Origin: an uncultured Actinomycetota bacterium
GTDB lineage: Bacteria; Actinomycetota; Actinomycetes; JAHEKZ01
Direction of reading: 5' to 3'
Length of the DNA: 64,000 bases
Assembly (NCBI GenBank): GCA_963718235.1
Contig: CAVQYR010000001.1
Coordinates: 1,696,001 to 1,760,000, forward strand
Shown piece by piece: positions 55,101-64,000 of this stretch. The notes under the pieces were generated by a model, which made no database searches, was not told the origin of the DNA, and saw only the letters and a list, made by a program, of their open reading frames with translations. The first letter of the stretch is position 1. The number at the start of each line of letters is the position of its first letter. The translations under genes and the position numbers were made by a program.

Positions 55101-55894
55101 GTGTGGCGGTGCTGAGCCGTGCGACCAGGCATCCGTTCCTCGACCACCCCGGCCCGTTGCCCTTTGCGCACCGAGGGGGCGCGGACGAGGCCCCCGAGAA
55201 CTCCCTGGCCGCGTTCTCCAGGGCGTACGACCTCGGCTACCGGTGGTTCGAGACCGACGTCCGATCCACGGCCGACGGCGAGCTGGTGGTGTTCCACGAC
55301 CCGACCCTGCGCCGCACCGCTGGGCTCCCTGAGCGTCTCGATGGGCTCGAGGTGACCGATCTCGCGCAGGTGAGGCCCGGTGGCGAACCCATGCTGCGGT
55401 TCGTCGACCTGGTCGATGCCTTTCCGGACGTCCGGTTCAACGTCGACCCCAAGGACGACGGTGCCGCGCCGCTGCTGGCGCGTGCGGTCCGTCGGCTTCA
55501 GCTCGGTGAGCGCGTCTGCATCGCCTCGTTCAGTGATGCGCGGCTGTCCTGGCTGCGGGTGGCCCTGGGCTCGGAGGTGCTGACCGCCCTGGGACCGCGC
55601 GAGGTGCTGCGGCTGGCCGGCGCGGCCAAGCGCGGAGCCACCTGGCACGGGCGCGGGCACCACGTGGTGCAGGTCCCCTCCGGACCACGCTGGCTGCCCC
55701 TCGTCGACCGCGGTTTCGTCCGTGCGGCCCACCGGTCGGGACTGGACGTGCACGTGTGGACCGTCGACGACCCGGACGCCATGCGCCGTCTGCTCGACCT
55801 GGGGGTCGACGGGTTGATGACCGACCGACCGGCGGTGCTCCGCGACGTGCTGTACGCCCGCGGCCAGTGGTTCGGTCCGGAGTCGGTCGGATGA
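55097..55894 (+). CDS. Glycerophosphodiester phosphodiesterase
   Basis: AHRGG, ENSL-AF, ETDV, FHD-TL, HVWTVDD and GVDGLMTDRP motifs. Confidence 0.92.
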   Translation: MSVAVLSRATRHPFLDHPGPLPFAHRGGADEAPENSLAAFSRAYDLGYRWFETDVRSTADGELVVFHDPTLRRTAGLPERLDGLEVTDLAQVRPGGEPMLRFVDLVDAFPDVRFNVDPKDDGAAPLLARAVRRLQLGERVCIASFSDARLSWLRVALGSEVLTALGPREVLRLAGAAKRGATWHGRGHHVVQVPSGPRWLPLVDRGFVRAAHRSGLDVHVWTVDDPDAMRRLLDLGVDGLMTDRPAVLRDVLYARGQWFGPESVG

Positions 55895-55976
55895 GCGCAG
55901 ACGCCGCAGGTTCGGGGCACCGACCACACAGTGTCGGTGCCCCGAACCTCGACTCGTGCTCTTGTGGCCCGTTGGG

Positions 55977-56912
55977 TTACCCGTGGGCCCGCTGGCTGAC
56001 GTAGACGTCGCCGCTGCGGCCGAAGTAGAGCCGCTCGCCGTCCCGGGACAGCGACGGTCGGGACTCCCCCGCTGCGGTGTTCACCGACGGGCCGAGGTTC
56101 ACCGGATCGCGCCACATGGCCCCTGCACACCCACGCGTCGAGGTGTAGATGTCCGAGGCACCAAAGCCTCCGGGTCGGGACGAGGCGAACACGATCTCGC
56201 GTCCGTCCCGGCTGACGTTGGGCATGAAGTCGTCGTAGCCGGCGACGTTGAGCTCGGCCACCGCAGTGGGCGCGCTGAACCCTTGTTCGTGACCCCGCCT
56301 CGACACGTAGATGTCCTGGGTCCCGGCGCCTACGGGGTCTCCGCTGGAGAAGTACAGGAGTGCCCCAGCCGAGGTGTGGACCAAGGATGGCCCGTACTCC
56401 ATGCCCGCGCCGTTGGGCCCGTTGGGGGCGCAGCCTAGGTTCCGGGGCTCAGCCCAGGTCCCTGTGCGCCAGCTCCGGTGGGTGATGTAGATGTCGCCGA
56501 GCCCGCACGAAGCCGTGCCGTAGGCATCTGTACCGCCCCGGGTGGAGACGAACAGCAGGGCACCACCCGGCAGCGGGGTGGGGCAGAAGTCCTGCGCGTC
56601 GCTGTTGACCGGCTCGGGCAGCATGACGGGTGCGCCGAAGTCGGCCTCGCGGCTGGCCCTGGTCGCCATCCAGATGTCGTTGTCGCCACCTGGTCCACGC
56701 ACCGATGCGAAGAAGACGGCCTTACCGTTGGGGGCCTCGATCGGGCAGCCGTCGGCCGCAACAGGGTCGTTGACTTCGGTCAGCGGCGCTGGGGCCTCCC
56801 ACCCCGACCCCGTGTGTGCTGCTGCCGGGGCGCCACTGAGGCCCACCGCGGCACTCGTCACGATCGCCAGCCCAGCGGTTGAGGTCACTAGCCTTCTTCG
56901 AACGCTACTCAT
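55977..56912 (-). CDS. Secreted PD40/TolB-like beta-propeller protein
   Basis: Signal peptide; repeats P-SRDG-LYF-S-R-GG-DIY. Confidence 0.8.
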   Translation of the reverse strand: MSSVRRRLVTSTAGLAIVTSAAVGLSGAPAAAHTGSGWEAPAPLTEVNDPVAADGCPIEAPNGKAVFFASVRGPGGDNDIWMATRASREADFGAPVMLPEPVNSDAQDFCPTPLPGGALLFVSTRGGTDAYGTASCGLGDIYITHRSWRTGTWAEPRNLGCAPNGPNGAGMEYGPSLVHTSAGALLYFSSGDPVGAGTQDIYVSRRGHEQGFSAPTAVAELNVAGYDDFMPNVSRDGREIVFASSRPGGFGASDIYTSTRGCAGAMWRDPVNLGPSVNTAAGESRPSLSRDGERLYFGRSGDVYVSQRAHG

Positions 56913-57397
56913 GACTCATCTCCATTCCGTGTTGCATCGACAGCGGGCCGCGGTCGACGCCCCCGAGCAGGTGCAGGTTCATGACGCTCGCCAGGGACCC
57001 GGCGGCCACGGTCCGCGATCGAGGCGCCGTCCCTCCGCCCAGGTTCTCCGAAGAGGAGGATCTCCCCGGTGCCGCGTTCGTCATACTGGGGAGTCGCTCG
57101 ACGGGGCAGGAGGTTGACGCTCGTGCTCACCGATTTCGTCGCCGGCAGTCGATCACGTATGCCAGGGACGCTGAGTCCCAACGGGATCCAGAGCCGCCTT
57201 TGCGCTCGCGGCGGCTGGGCACTCCTCAGCCGTGGTCGTGACGGGCGGTGCCACCCACCCGACTATCGGACAGCCTGGGCCGGGAATCCTGGAGCGGCCT
57301 CGCCCGTTGAGTGTGTGTCGGCCCAACCGGGGCTACACCCTTCCCCGACCCGGGGAGCCGAGAAGGGGCCACCGCCCCCCGATGTGAGGATCCCTCG

Positions 57398-57763
57398 ATG
57401 AGTGAGCGAGCGCTGCGCGGGACGCGCCTGGGCGCGACCAGCTACGAGACCGATGAGGGCATCGGACCGGCACCGCGCCAGATGACCACCTACGACTGCC
57501 CACAGGGCCACAGCTTCACCATGCCGTTCTCGGTCGAGGCGGACATCCCCCCGAGCTGGGAGTGCCGGGTGTGCGGCGCCAAGGCGCTGCGCCGCGACGG
57601 CGAGCAGCCCGAGGCCAAGGCGGTCAAGCCGACCCGCACCCACTGGGACATGCTGCTCGAGCGACGCACGATCCCCGAGCTGGAGGACCTGCTGGCCGAG
57701 CGGCTGGAGCTGCTGCGCGCCAGTGGTGGCCCGGCCGGGCGTCCGCAGCGTCGCAGCGCCTGA
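57398..57763 (+). CDS. rbpA: RNA polymerase-binding protein RbpA
   Basis: MSERALRGTRLGATSYE, PRQ-Y-C-GH, WEC-CG and RTHWDMLLERR motifs. Confidence 0.96.
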   Translation: MSERALRGTRLGATSYETDEGIGPAPRQMTTYDCPQGHSFTMPFSVEADIPPSWECRVCGAKALRRDGEQPEAKAVKPTRTHWDMLLERRTIPELEDLLAERLELLRASGGPAGRPQRRSA

Positions 57764-57793
57764 CCTTCTTCCCCGGACACCCGCACCATCGGG

Positions 57794-58297
57794 TCAGTTG
57801 CTGGGCGGAAGCTCCTTCGGCGGCGCAGGCGGTTCTGGTCGCTCCTCGAAGGGGTCGACGACCTCACCGGCGACCACGTCTCCCCCGGTCCACAGACGCA
57901 CCCGGGTCAAGGTGGTCGAGCTCCCGGCGAACCGGCGCACCACCGCCTGACCGACCAGGGCGATCACGACGGTACGCACGAGCGGCACCAGCAGCAGCAG
58001 GCCCAGCGCGTCGGACACGAGCCCGGGAACGAACAGCAGGAAGCCCGCGAGGAAACGCAGCGAGGCGTGCGCCGCGGTCACCCCGGTCCCAGTGGGGGGT
58101 ACGCGACGGGGGTCCAGCCCGGCCATCGCCGACCGGGCGCTTCGGACCGTCGAGCGCATCACCCACAGCCCGAGCAGCGACAGCAGCAGGATCGCCAGGA
58201 GCGTGGGGCCCCACCCGTAGCGCGCCGCTGCCAGGGTGGCGACGTAGATCTCGGTGATCGGCCACGCCACCAGGACGACGAAGACCAGCAGTCCCAC
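57794..58297 (-). CDS. fxsA: FxsA family membrane protein
   Basis: P-EI...LLFVPGLVSDALGLLLLVP-R; rbpA/ppm1 synteny. Confidence 0.85.
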   Translation of the reverse strand: MGLLVFVVLVAWPITEIYVATLAAARYGWGPTLLAILLLSLLGLWVMRSTVRSARSAMAGLDPRRVPPTGTGVTAAHASLRFLAGFLLFVPGLVSDALGLLLLVPLVRTVVIALVGQAVVRRFAGSSTTLTRVRLWTGGDVVAGEVVDPFEERPEPPAPPKELPPSN

Positions 58298-58299
58298 CG

Positions 58300-59031
58300 T
58301 CAGCCCCTCCGGCCCAGTCGCGACTGCACGCCCCACACCGTGACCCGCCACAGGGCCTCGCCCACGATGGCGCGGTTCATCTTGCTCGCCCCGAGCCGGC
58401 GTTCGACGAAGGTGATCGGGACCTCGGTGACTCGCAGTCCCTGGGCCACCACCCGCCGCGTGAGGTCGACCTGGAAGCAGTACCCCTGCGACTCGACGGT
58501 GTCGAGCTCGATCGCCTCCAGGGTGCTGCGTCGAAACGCCCTGAACCCGGCGGTGGCGTCGTGCACCGGCATGCCGAGAAGCAGCCGGGTGTAGCTGTTG
58601 CCCCCTCGGGACAGCAGCTCACGCGATCGGGGCCAGTTCTCCACCTCGCCGCCGTCCACCCATCGGCTTCCGATCACCAGGTCGGCGTCGGAGAGCGCGG
58701 CCAGCAGGCGTGGGAGGTCCTCGGGTCGGTGTGACCCGTCGGCGTCCATCTCGACGAGGACGTCGTAGCCGCGCTCCATGCCCCACGCGAACCCAGCCAG
58801 GTAGGCGGCACCCAGCCCTTGCTTGCCCGGTCGGTGCAGGACGTGCACGTGGTCGTCACTGGCGGCCAGCTGGTCGGCGAGCGCGCCGGTACCGTCCGGG
58901 CTGTTGTCGTCGGCGACCAGGATGTCGACGTTCGGCGCGGCGGTCCGGACCCCGGAGACCACGACGGGCAGGGACTCGATCTCGTCGTAGGTGGGGATGA
59001 CGACCAGCGCTCGACCCGGCGGCTGGCTCAC
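58300..59031 (-). CDS. ppm1: Polyprenol monophosphomannose synthase
   Basis: [27 protein letters not shown] and GY-FQ motifs. Confidence 0.93.
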   Translation of the reverse strand: MSQPPGRALVVIPTYDEIESLPVVVSGVRTAAPNVDILVADDNSPDGTGALADQLAASDDHVHVLHRPGKQGLGAAYLAGFAWGMERGYDVLVEMDADGSHRPEDLPRLLAALSDADLVIGSRWVDGGEVENWPRSRELLSRGGNSYTRLLLGMPVHDATAGFRAFRRSTLEAIELDTVESQGYCFQVDLTRRVVAQGLRVTEVPITFVERRLGASKMNRAIVGEALWRVTVWGVQSRLGRRG

Positions 59032-60527
59032 GGCACCTCCTGCGGCGTCCGACGACGTGCACCTGCTGCTGCCGCCACGACTCCGACGATAGCGAGGCCG
59101 AGCTCGGGCCAGGCGCCCAGCCGGTCGGCCACGGTGAGCTCGCTCCTCAGTGGCACGTCGGCGACGATGACGGCTCGGGTGAACTCCGGAACGCGCTCGA
59201 CCACCTCCCCGTCAGGGGCGATCACCGCGCTGATCCCCGACGTCGCGGCGACCAGCACCGCTCGGCCGTGCTCGACGGCGCGCAGCTGCGACATGGCCAG
59301 CTGCTGCTCCACCTGGCCGGTTCGGCCGTAGGTGGCGTTGTTGGTCTGCACGGTGATCAGCTGGCCCCCTCCGACCACCGCGTCCCGCACGACCTCGTCG
59401 TAGGCCACCTCGAAGCAGATCACGTTGGCCACCGTGGCCGGCCCCAGCTGGAGCACGCCGGGCTCGGTCCCGGCCTCGAAGTCGCGCGGCACCCGGTCGA
59501 GCCGGGAGATGAACCGCTCAAGCTGGGATCGGAACGGCACGAACTCCCCGAACGGGACGGGGTGGCGCTTGACGTAGACCTGACCCGGCCCGGTCACGGG
59601 GTCCCAGACGACGCCCTGGTTGCGCACCCGCTCGCCGTCGGGTGAGGCGACGACCATGCCCACCAGGACTGGCACGCCGATCTCGTCGACGACCGCGTCG
59701 ATCCGTGCGTAGGCGTCTGCGTCGGACAGCGGGTCGATGTCCGACGCGTTCTCCGGCCACACCACGAAGTCCGGCTGGGGCACGGTGCCGTCGTCGACGT
59801 CGCGAGCCAGCTGCGACGTCGCGTCGACGTGGGCCTGCAGCACGGCGAGGCGCTGCCCGAAGGCGTCCAGGCCGGTGCGCGGCACGTTGCCCTGGACGGC
59901 GGCCGCGGTCACCGGGGTTCCGTCGGTCGGGATCGGCACGGCCAGCCCCAGGAGGCCCACGACGACGACTGCGCTCACCGCTGCCGCCCGGCGCCCGACC
60001 CTGGGCGTGACCACCACGTAGGCCAGCAGCGTGCCGATGAGCGCGACCGCGAACGTCACCGCCGCCGCGCCACCCAGCGCCGCCCACGGGGTGAGGCTCG
60101 TGTCCGGCTGGGAGTAGGCGAGGCGCCCCCACGGGAAGCCCCCGAAGGGGACCCGGCCCCGTAGTGCCTCCTCGGTGACCCACAGCGCGGCCACCCAGAC
60201 CGGCCACCCGGGGACCCGGGTCGCCCACGCGGTGGCCGCCCCCAGGGCCGCGATGAACAGCGCGCTGAACAGCGAGAGCAGCACCCACGCGTCGGGCCCC
60301 ACCACCCGTAGCCACGGCATGAGGCCGGCGAGGAACACCGCGCCGAAGACGAATCCCACCAGCGATCCGGTCACGGCGGTCTGCCCACGACACAGCAGGG
60401 TCAGCCCAGCGACCGGGAAGGGGGCCAGCCACCAGGCACCGATCGGCGGGAAGGCCGCGACCAGGACGGCTCCGCCCAGGCCTGCCAGGACGAGCCGCCA
60501 CGGCAGCGACGGGCCGGATGGGTGCAC
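59028..60527 (-). CDS. lnt: Apolipoprotein N-acyltransferase
   Basis: [32 protein letters not shown] and RAVE motifs. Confidence 0.95.
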   Translation of the reverse strand: MHPSGPSLPWRLVLAGLGGAVLVAAFPPIGAWWLAPFPVAGLTLLCRGQTAVTGSLVGFVFGAVFLAGLMPWLRVVGPDAWVLLSLFSALFIAALGAATAWATRVPGWPVWVAALWVTEEALRGRVPFGGFPWGRLAYSQPDTSLTPWAALGGAAAVTFAVALIGTLLAYVVVTPRVGRRAAAVSAVVVVGLLGLAVPIPTDGTPVTAAAVQGNVPRTGLDAFGQRLAVLQAHVDATSQLARDVDDGTVPQPDFVVWPENASDIDPLSDADAYARIDAVVDEIGVPVLVGMVVASPDGERVRNQGVVWDPVTGPGQVYVKRHPVPFGEFVPFRSQLERFISRLDRVPRDFEAGTEPGVLQLGPATVANVICFEVAYDEVVRDAVVGGGQLITVQTNNATYGRTGQVEQQLAMSQLRAVEHGRAVLVAATSGISAVIAPDGEVVERVPEFTRAVIVADVPLRSELTVADRLGAWPELGLAIVGVVAAAAGARRRTPQEVP

Positions 60528-60557
60528 CGAGTGACGGTAACCCAGTCCCGCGGGTGC

Positions 60558-60950
60558 TCAGGACGCAGGCGGGACGACCACGGTGCCGAGCGCGGTGGTC
60601 GCCACGATCGGCTCGTCGAGCACCTCGGCGGCCGACTCGCCACGGTCGGGGCGACCACGACAGATGACCCTTGCCTCGAACCGGATCGTGCGACTGCGCG
60701 TTCCGACCCGCTCGACCACCGCCTCGACCTCGACGACGTCACCGGCGCGGACGGGGGCCTGGAACTGGACGTCGGAGTACGACGCGAAGAGGCCCTCGTC
60801 GCCGTCGGTGCGGATGCAGACCTCGGTCGCCACGTCACCGAACAGGGCCAGGCTGTACGCGCCGTCGACGAGGTTGCCCGCGTAGTGGGCGTGGCTGAAC
60901 GGTACGTAGCGGCGGTGGACCACGGTCAGCCCGGTCCGGGGGTCGGTCAT
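60558..60950 (-). CDS. kal: Hotdog-fold 3-aminobutyryl-CoA ammonia-lyase-like protein
   Basis: AHYAGNLVDGA, FGDVATE-CI-DGDEGLF and F-APV-AGD motifs; adjacent to kamDE. Confidence 0.85.
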   Translation of the reverse strand: MTDPRTGLTVVHRRYVPFSHAHYAGNLVDGAYSLALFGDVATEVCIRTDGDEGLFASYSDVQFQAPVRAGDVVEVEAVVERVGTRSRTIRFEARVICRGRPDRGESAAEVLDEPIVATTALGTVVVPPAS

Positions 60951-61917
60951 GAGCGCACCTTCGGCTTGGCCCTGCTGGTCTTGGGGCTGGTCTTGGGGCT
61001 GGCCTTGGTGCTGGTGCCTGCCGTCGCTTCGCCTTCGCGGATGCCGGGTCGGGGAGCAGCGCGTGCACCAGGTAGCTGGCCACCTCCCCGGGTGTCGTGC
61101 CCTTGACGAAGATCCGGTCGACGCCGAGCTTGTCGGTCCAGGTCTCGTCGAAGCGCGGACCACCGACGATCAGCAGCGGCCGGGTCCCGGCCGGGTAGGC
61201 CTCGCGGAACGCCGCCGACATCTCAGAGACGTTCTGCACGTGGGCCTCGCGCTGGGTGACCACCTGGGACACCAGGACGGCGTCTGCCTTCAGGTCGCGG
61301 GCGGAGTTGACGAGGTCCGGTACGGACACCTGGGCGCCGAGGTTGTGCACGGTGAACTCGCCGTAGGCCTCCAGCCCCTTCTCCCCCGCCCACCCCTTGA
61401 GGTTGAGGATCGCGTCGATCCCGACGGTGTGGGCGTCGGTGCCGATGCAGGCCCCGACGACCACGAGCGCACGCCGCAGCCGCTGCTTGATGACGGCGTT
61501 GACCTCCTTCGGGGAAAGCAGGGCGTACTCACGCTCGAGCACCACCACCTTGTCCAGCTCGACGAGGTGGTGGGCCTTGCCGTAGATGACGAAGAAGGTG
61601 AAGTCGGCGCCCATGGCCTTGCGATGGACCACCAGGGCCGGGTCGAGCCCCATCTTGTTGGCCAGCTGCAGTGCGGCACCCTCGGAGCGCTTGTCGTTGG
61701 GCAGCGGAAGGGTGAACGACACCTGCACCATGCCGTCACCGGTGGCATCGCCGTACGGGCGCACGACCCGCTTCGCCTCCGCCGCCGAAGCGACGGCCCC
61801 CGCCCTTTGCGACCCCCCACCCCCACGTCCCCGTTGATCTTGGACTTGATCTGCCTTCTGGACGGTTCTGGACGTCATCTTCTGCTTGTTCGACTTGGCC
61901 TTCTTGGGCGTGCTCAT
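60947..61917 (-). CDS. kamE: Lysine 5,6-aminomutase beta (B12-binding) subunit, probable frameshift near 61027
   Basis: PYGD-GDG-VQ-SFTLP, GTDAHTVGIDAI-N-KG (DxHxxG) and SQ-VTQ motifs. The alternative frame ends KPKVRS* overlapping the kal ATG. Confidence 0.88.
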
Positions 61918-63518
61918 GCTCGGGCCCCTCTCGTCCGGGTGACCGGTCGGGCGAAGCCCTCCGCGAGCAGCTCGGAGGCCGGGTTGTAGTAGCCGGGCCC
62001 CTGCCGCACGACGCCGTCGAGCCCGCGGCCGGCGTCGGCGGGCCGCTTCATCAGCCCGAACGTGCCGTCGGCGATCGCGTTGAGCAGGCCGTCGTCCACG
62101 ATCGCGTCGAGCAGCTCGATCGCCTCCGACAGCACCTGGTGAGCCCGCTGCACGATGAAGCCGTCGGGTGCGGGCTGGAAGTCCTCGGAGAGGCGACCCG
62201 CCGAGCTGAGCACGTACCGCACGTTCTGCAGCGCCAGGTCGCGGTCGGACAGCCACGGGGTGTGCACGGCTTCGGTCAGCATGCCGACGAGGAGGATCCC
62301 CTGCTGCGTCATGCCGCCGACCAGGTTGAAGAACCCGTCGAGCAGGTAGCCCCGGAAGACGTCGCCGGTCATGTGCTTGGTCGGCGGCATCCACTTCAGC
62401 GGGGCGTCGGGGAACAGCTCACGCGCCAGCAGGGCGTGGGCGAGCTCCATCCGGAACGAGTCGGGGACGTCGGGGTTGATCTCGAAGGCGTGCCCGAGCC
62501 CGAGCTGCCAGTTCTGCAGCCCGGCCTCCTTGCCGAAGTACTCGTTCAGCAGCTGGCTCACGGTCACCGTGTGCGCAGCCTCGATGCCGTCGGCGGTGGT
62601 GAGGTAGTTGTCCTCGCCGGTGTTGATGATGATGCCGGCCCTGGCATGGACCTGCCGGGAGAAGCGCTGGTCGACGAAGGTGCGGATCGGGTTGATGTCG
62701 CGGAAGAGGATGCCGTACATCGAGTCGTTCAGCATCATGTCGAGGCGCTCGAGCCCGGCCAGCGCCGCGATCTCGGGCATGCACAGCCCGGACGCGTAGT
62801 TGGTCAGCCGGACATAGCGACCGAGCTCGTGCGAGACGTCGTCCAGCGCCTTGCGCATCAGGCGGAAGTTCTCCTGGGTGGCGTAGGTACCGGCGTAGCC
62901 CTCGCGGGTCGCACCCTCCGGGACGAAGTCGATCAGCGACTGCCCGGTCGAGCGGATGACCGCGACGATGTCGGCGCCCTCACGGGCGGCCGCCTGGGCC
63001 TGGGGGATGTCCTCGTAGATGTCACCGGTGGCCACGATCAGGTAGATCCAGGGCTTGGGCGGGTCGCCGAGCCTGGTGATCAGCCGCTCGCGCTCGCGTC
63101 GGTTGCGGTCGACCCGGGCGAGGCCACCACCCACGGACTTGCGGGCGGCGGCCCGCGCCCGGGTGTTGTCACGTGCCTTGGGGATCCGGAACGTCACGCT
63201 GCCGGCCGCCGCCTTCTGGGCCAGCTCGGTGACGTCTCCGGCCTGCCCGCTGATCAGCGCGTCCCAAACCGGGATGGCCACGCCGTGCTCGAGTCCGACC
63301 TGGTCGCGCACGTCGTCGACGAGGTGGTTGACCCACGGCTCGCCGTCCGGGTCGGCGCCCTGGGCCCCGGCCAGGCGGAGCAGCGCGCGTTCGACGCTGA
63401 CGGTGGTGTGCGTCTTGGCCAGGCGCACGATCGGCTGACCGGCCTTGCGGGCCAGCCCGCGCGCTTTCCGGACCACGACGGGGTCCAGGTCGAGCTTCGA
63501 CCTCGGGCGTGGGCTCAC
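61914..63518 (-). CDS. kamD: Lysine 5,6-aminomutase alpha subunit
   Basis: TTVSVER, YLIVATGDIYED, IRSTGQSL, NYASGLCMPE, LND-YGILFRDIN and PPTKHMTG motifs. Confidence 0.93.
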   Translation of the reverse strand: MSPRPRSKLDLDPVVVRKARGLARKAGQPIVRLAKTHTTVSVERALLRLAGAQGADPDGEPWVNHLVDDVRDQVGLEHGVAIPVWDALISGQAGDVTELAQKAAAGSVTFRIPKARDNTRARAAARKSVGGGLARVDRNRRERERLITRLGDPPKPWIYLIVATGDIYEDIPQAQAAAREGADIVAVIRSTGQSLIDFVPEGATREGYAGTYATQENFRLMRKALDDVSHELGRYVRLTNYASGLCMPEIAALAGLERLDMMLNDSMYGILFRDINPIRTFVDQRFSRQVHARAGIIINTGEDNYLTTADGIEAAHTVTVSQLLNEYFGKEAGLQNWQLGLGHAFEINPDVPDSFRMELAHALLARELFPDAPLKWMPPTKHMTGDVFRGYLLDGFFNLVGGMTQQGILLVGMLTEAVHTPWLSDRDLALQNVRYVLSSAGRLSEDFQPAPDGFIVQRAHQVLSEAIELLDAIVDDGLLNAIADGTFGLMKRPADAGRGLDGVVRQGPGYYNPASELLAEGFARPVTRTRGARA

Positions 63519-64000
63519 GAGGCGCCTCCTTCGGCTCGGTCCAGCGCGTACACGGTGCCGCCGCGTACGACGGTACGCAGGCACGTGGGTGCGGGTGCAC
63601 CCGGTGTGAGGTCGGGCAGCCCGGACACGCCGGCCCTTGGGTCGGTCGACCACGCCGCGACGCGGTCGTCCGGCGTCTGGACGACGAGGTCACCCGCCTG
63701 CCAGACGGCGTACGTCGCCGGTGCCCCCGGCGTGAGGACCCCCTCGTCGTCCTGCCTGGCCGCTCGGCGCCCTCCGCGCGTGTGCGCGTTGAAGGCCGCC
63801 CGCGCGGTGATCCGCTGCTCGGGCACCGGGTGGTGGACCGCGGCCCGGATGGCCTCCCAGGGGGTCACGGCGGTGACCGGTGAGTCGCTGCTGAAGCTGA
63901 GCACCAGCCCATCGTCGATCATGCTGGCGAACGGGTTGAGCGTCAGCGCACGCTCCACGCCGAGCCGTTCGGCGTACATGGCCTCGGCGCCCCCCCACAT
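63515..64000 (-). CDS. Amidohydrolase family (YtcJ-like) protein, 5'-partial
   Basis: FSSDSPVT-PW and AAFNAHTRGG...G-L-PG-A motifs; runs off the window. Confidence 0.8.
   Translation of the reverse strand: MWGGAEAMYAERLGVERALTLNPFASMIDDGLVLSFSSDSPVTAVTPWEAIRAAVHHPVPEQRITARAAFNAHTRGGRRAARQDDEGVLTPGAPATYAVWQAGDLVVQTPDDRVAAWSTDPRAGVSGLPDLTPGAPAPTCLRTVVRGGTVYALDRAEGGAS

Noticed and set aside
56913-57397. Small ORFs or an sRNA in the spacer before rbpA
   Set aside because: No motif, RBS or convincing structure; probably a divergent promoter region.

Overview
High-GC actinomycete (Actinomycetota) chromosomal window that appears to span the replication terminus. An actinobacterial-type dif site lies at 43236-43263; genes to its left are mostly on the + strand and the far-right genes are on the - strand. 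1-17.6 kb is conserved core: steA-steB-GT4-murJ-like-pyrG-NUDIX-ald-xerD-parA-like-RHH-like-scpA-scpB-rluB-aroH-tyrA-cmk-der-cupin-tRNA-Pro(GGG). An accessory stretch after the tRNA holds IS481-like remnants, secreted RCC1/collagen-like proteins, a cNMP-binding protein, a degenerate HisA paralogue, an SDR and an APRT-like gene. Next come pgsA2-DUF881-sbp-DUF881-gcvH-garA-ftsR-DUF151-MerR-glycine riboswitch-gcvP, a srsABC-like type III PKS cluster, TetR modules around dif, a UvrA-like ATPase, GDH, fhs, rbpA, fxsA-ppm1-lnt and a B12-dependent lysine 5,6-aminomutase cluster (kamD, kamE, kal). The most notable unexplained structure is a ParA-family ATPase plus a ribbon-helix-helix-like partner, accompanied by phased 8-bp (consensus ATCGACAN) repeat arrays at the parA start, in the rluB-aroH spacer and inside the tyrA coding sequence. 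FtsR-like boxes are also embedded in nearby coding sequences. Together these suggest a centromere-like terminus-positioning system about 30 kb from dif (inference). Several genes carry single-base frameshifts, probably assembly errors. All calls come from reading the sequence; no searches were run.
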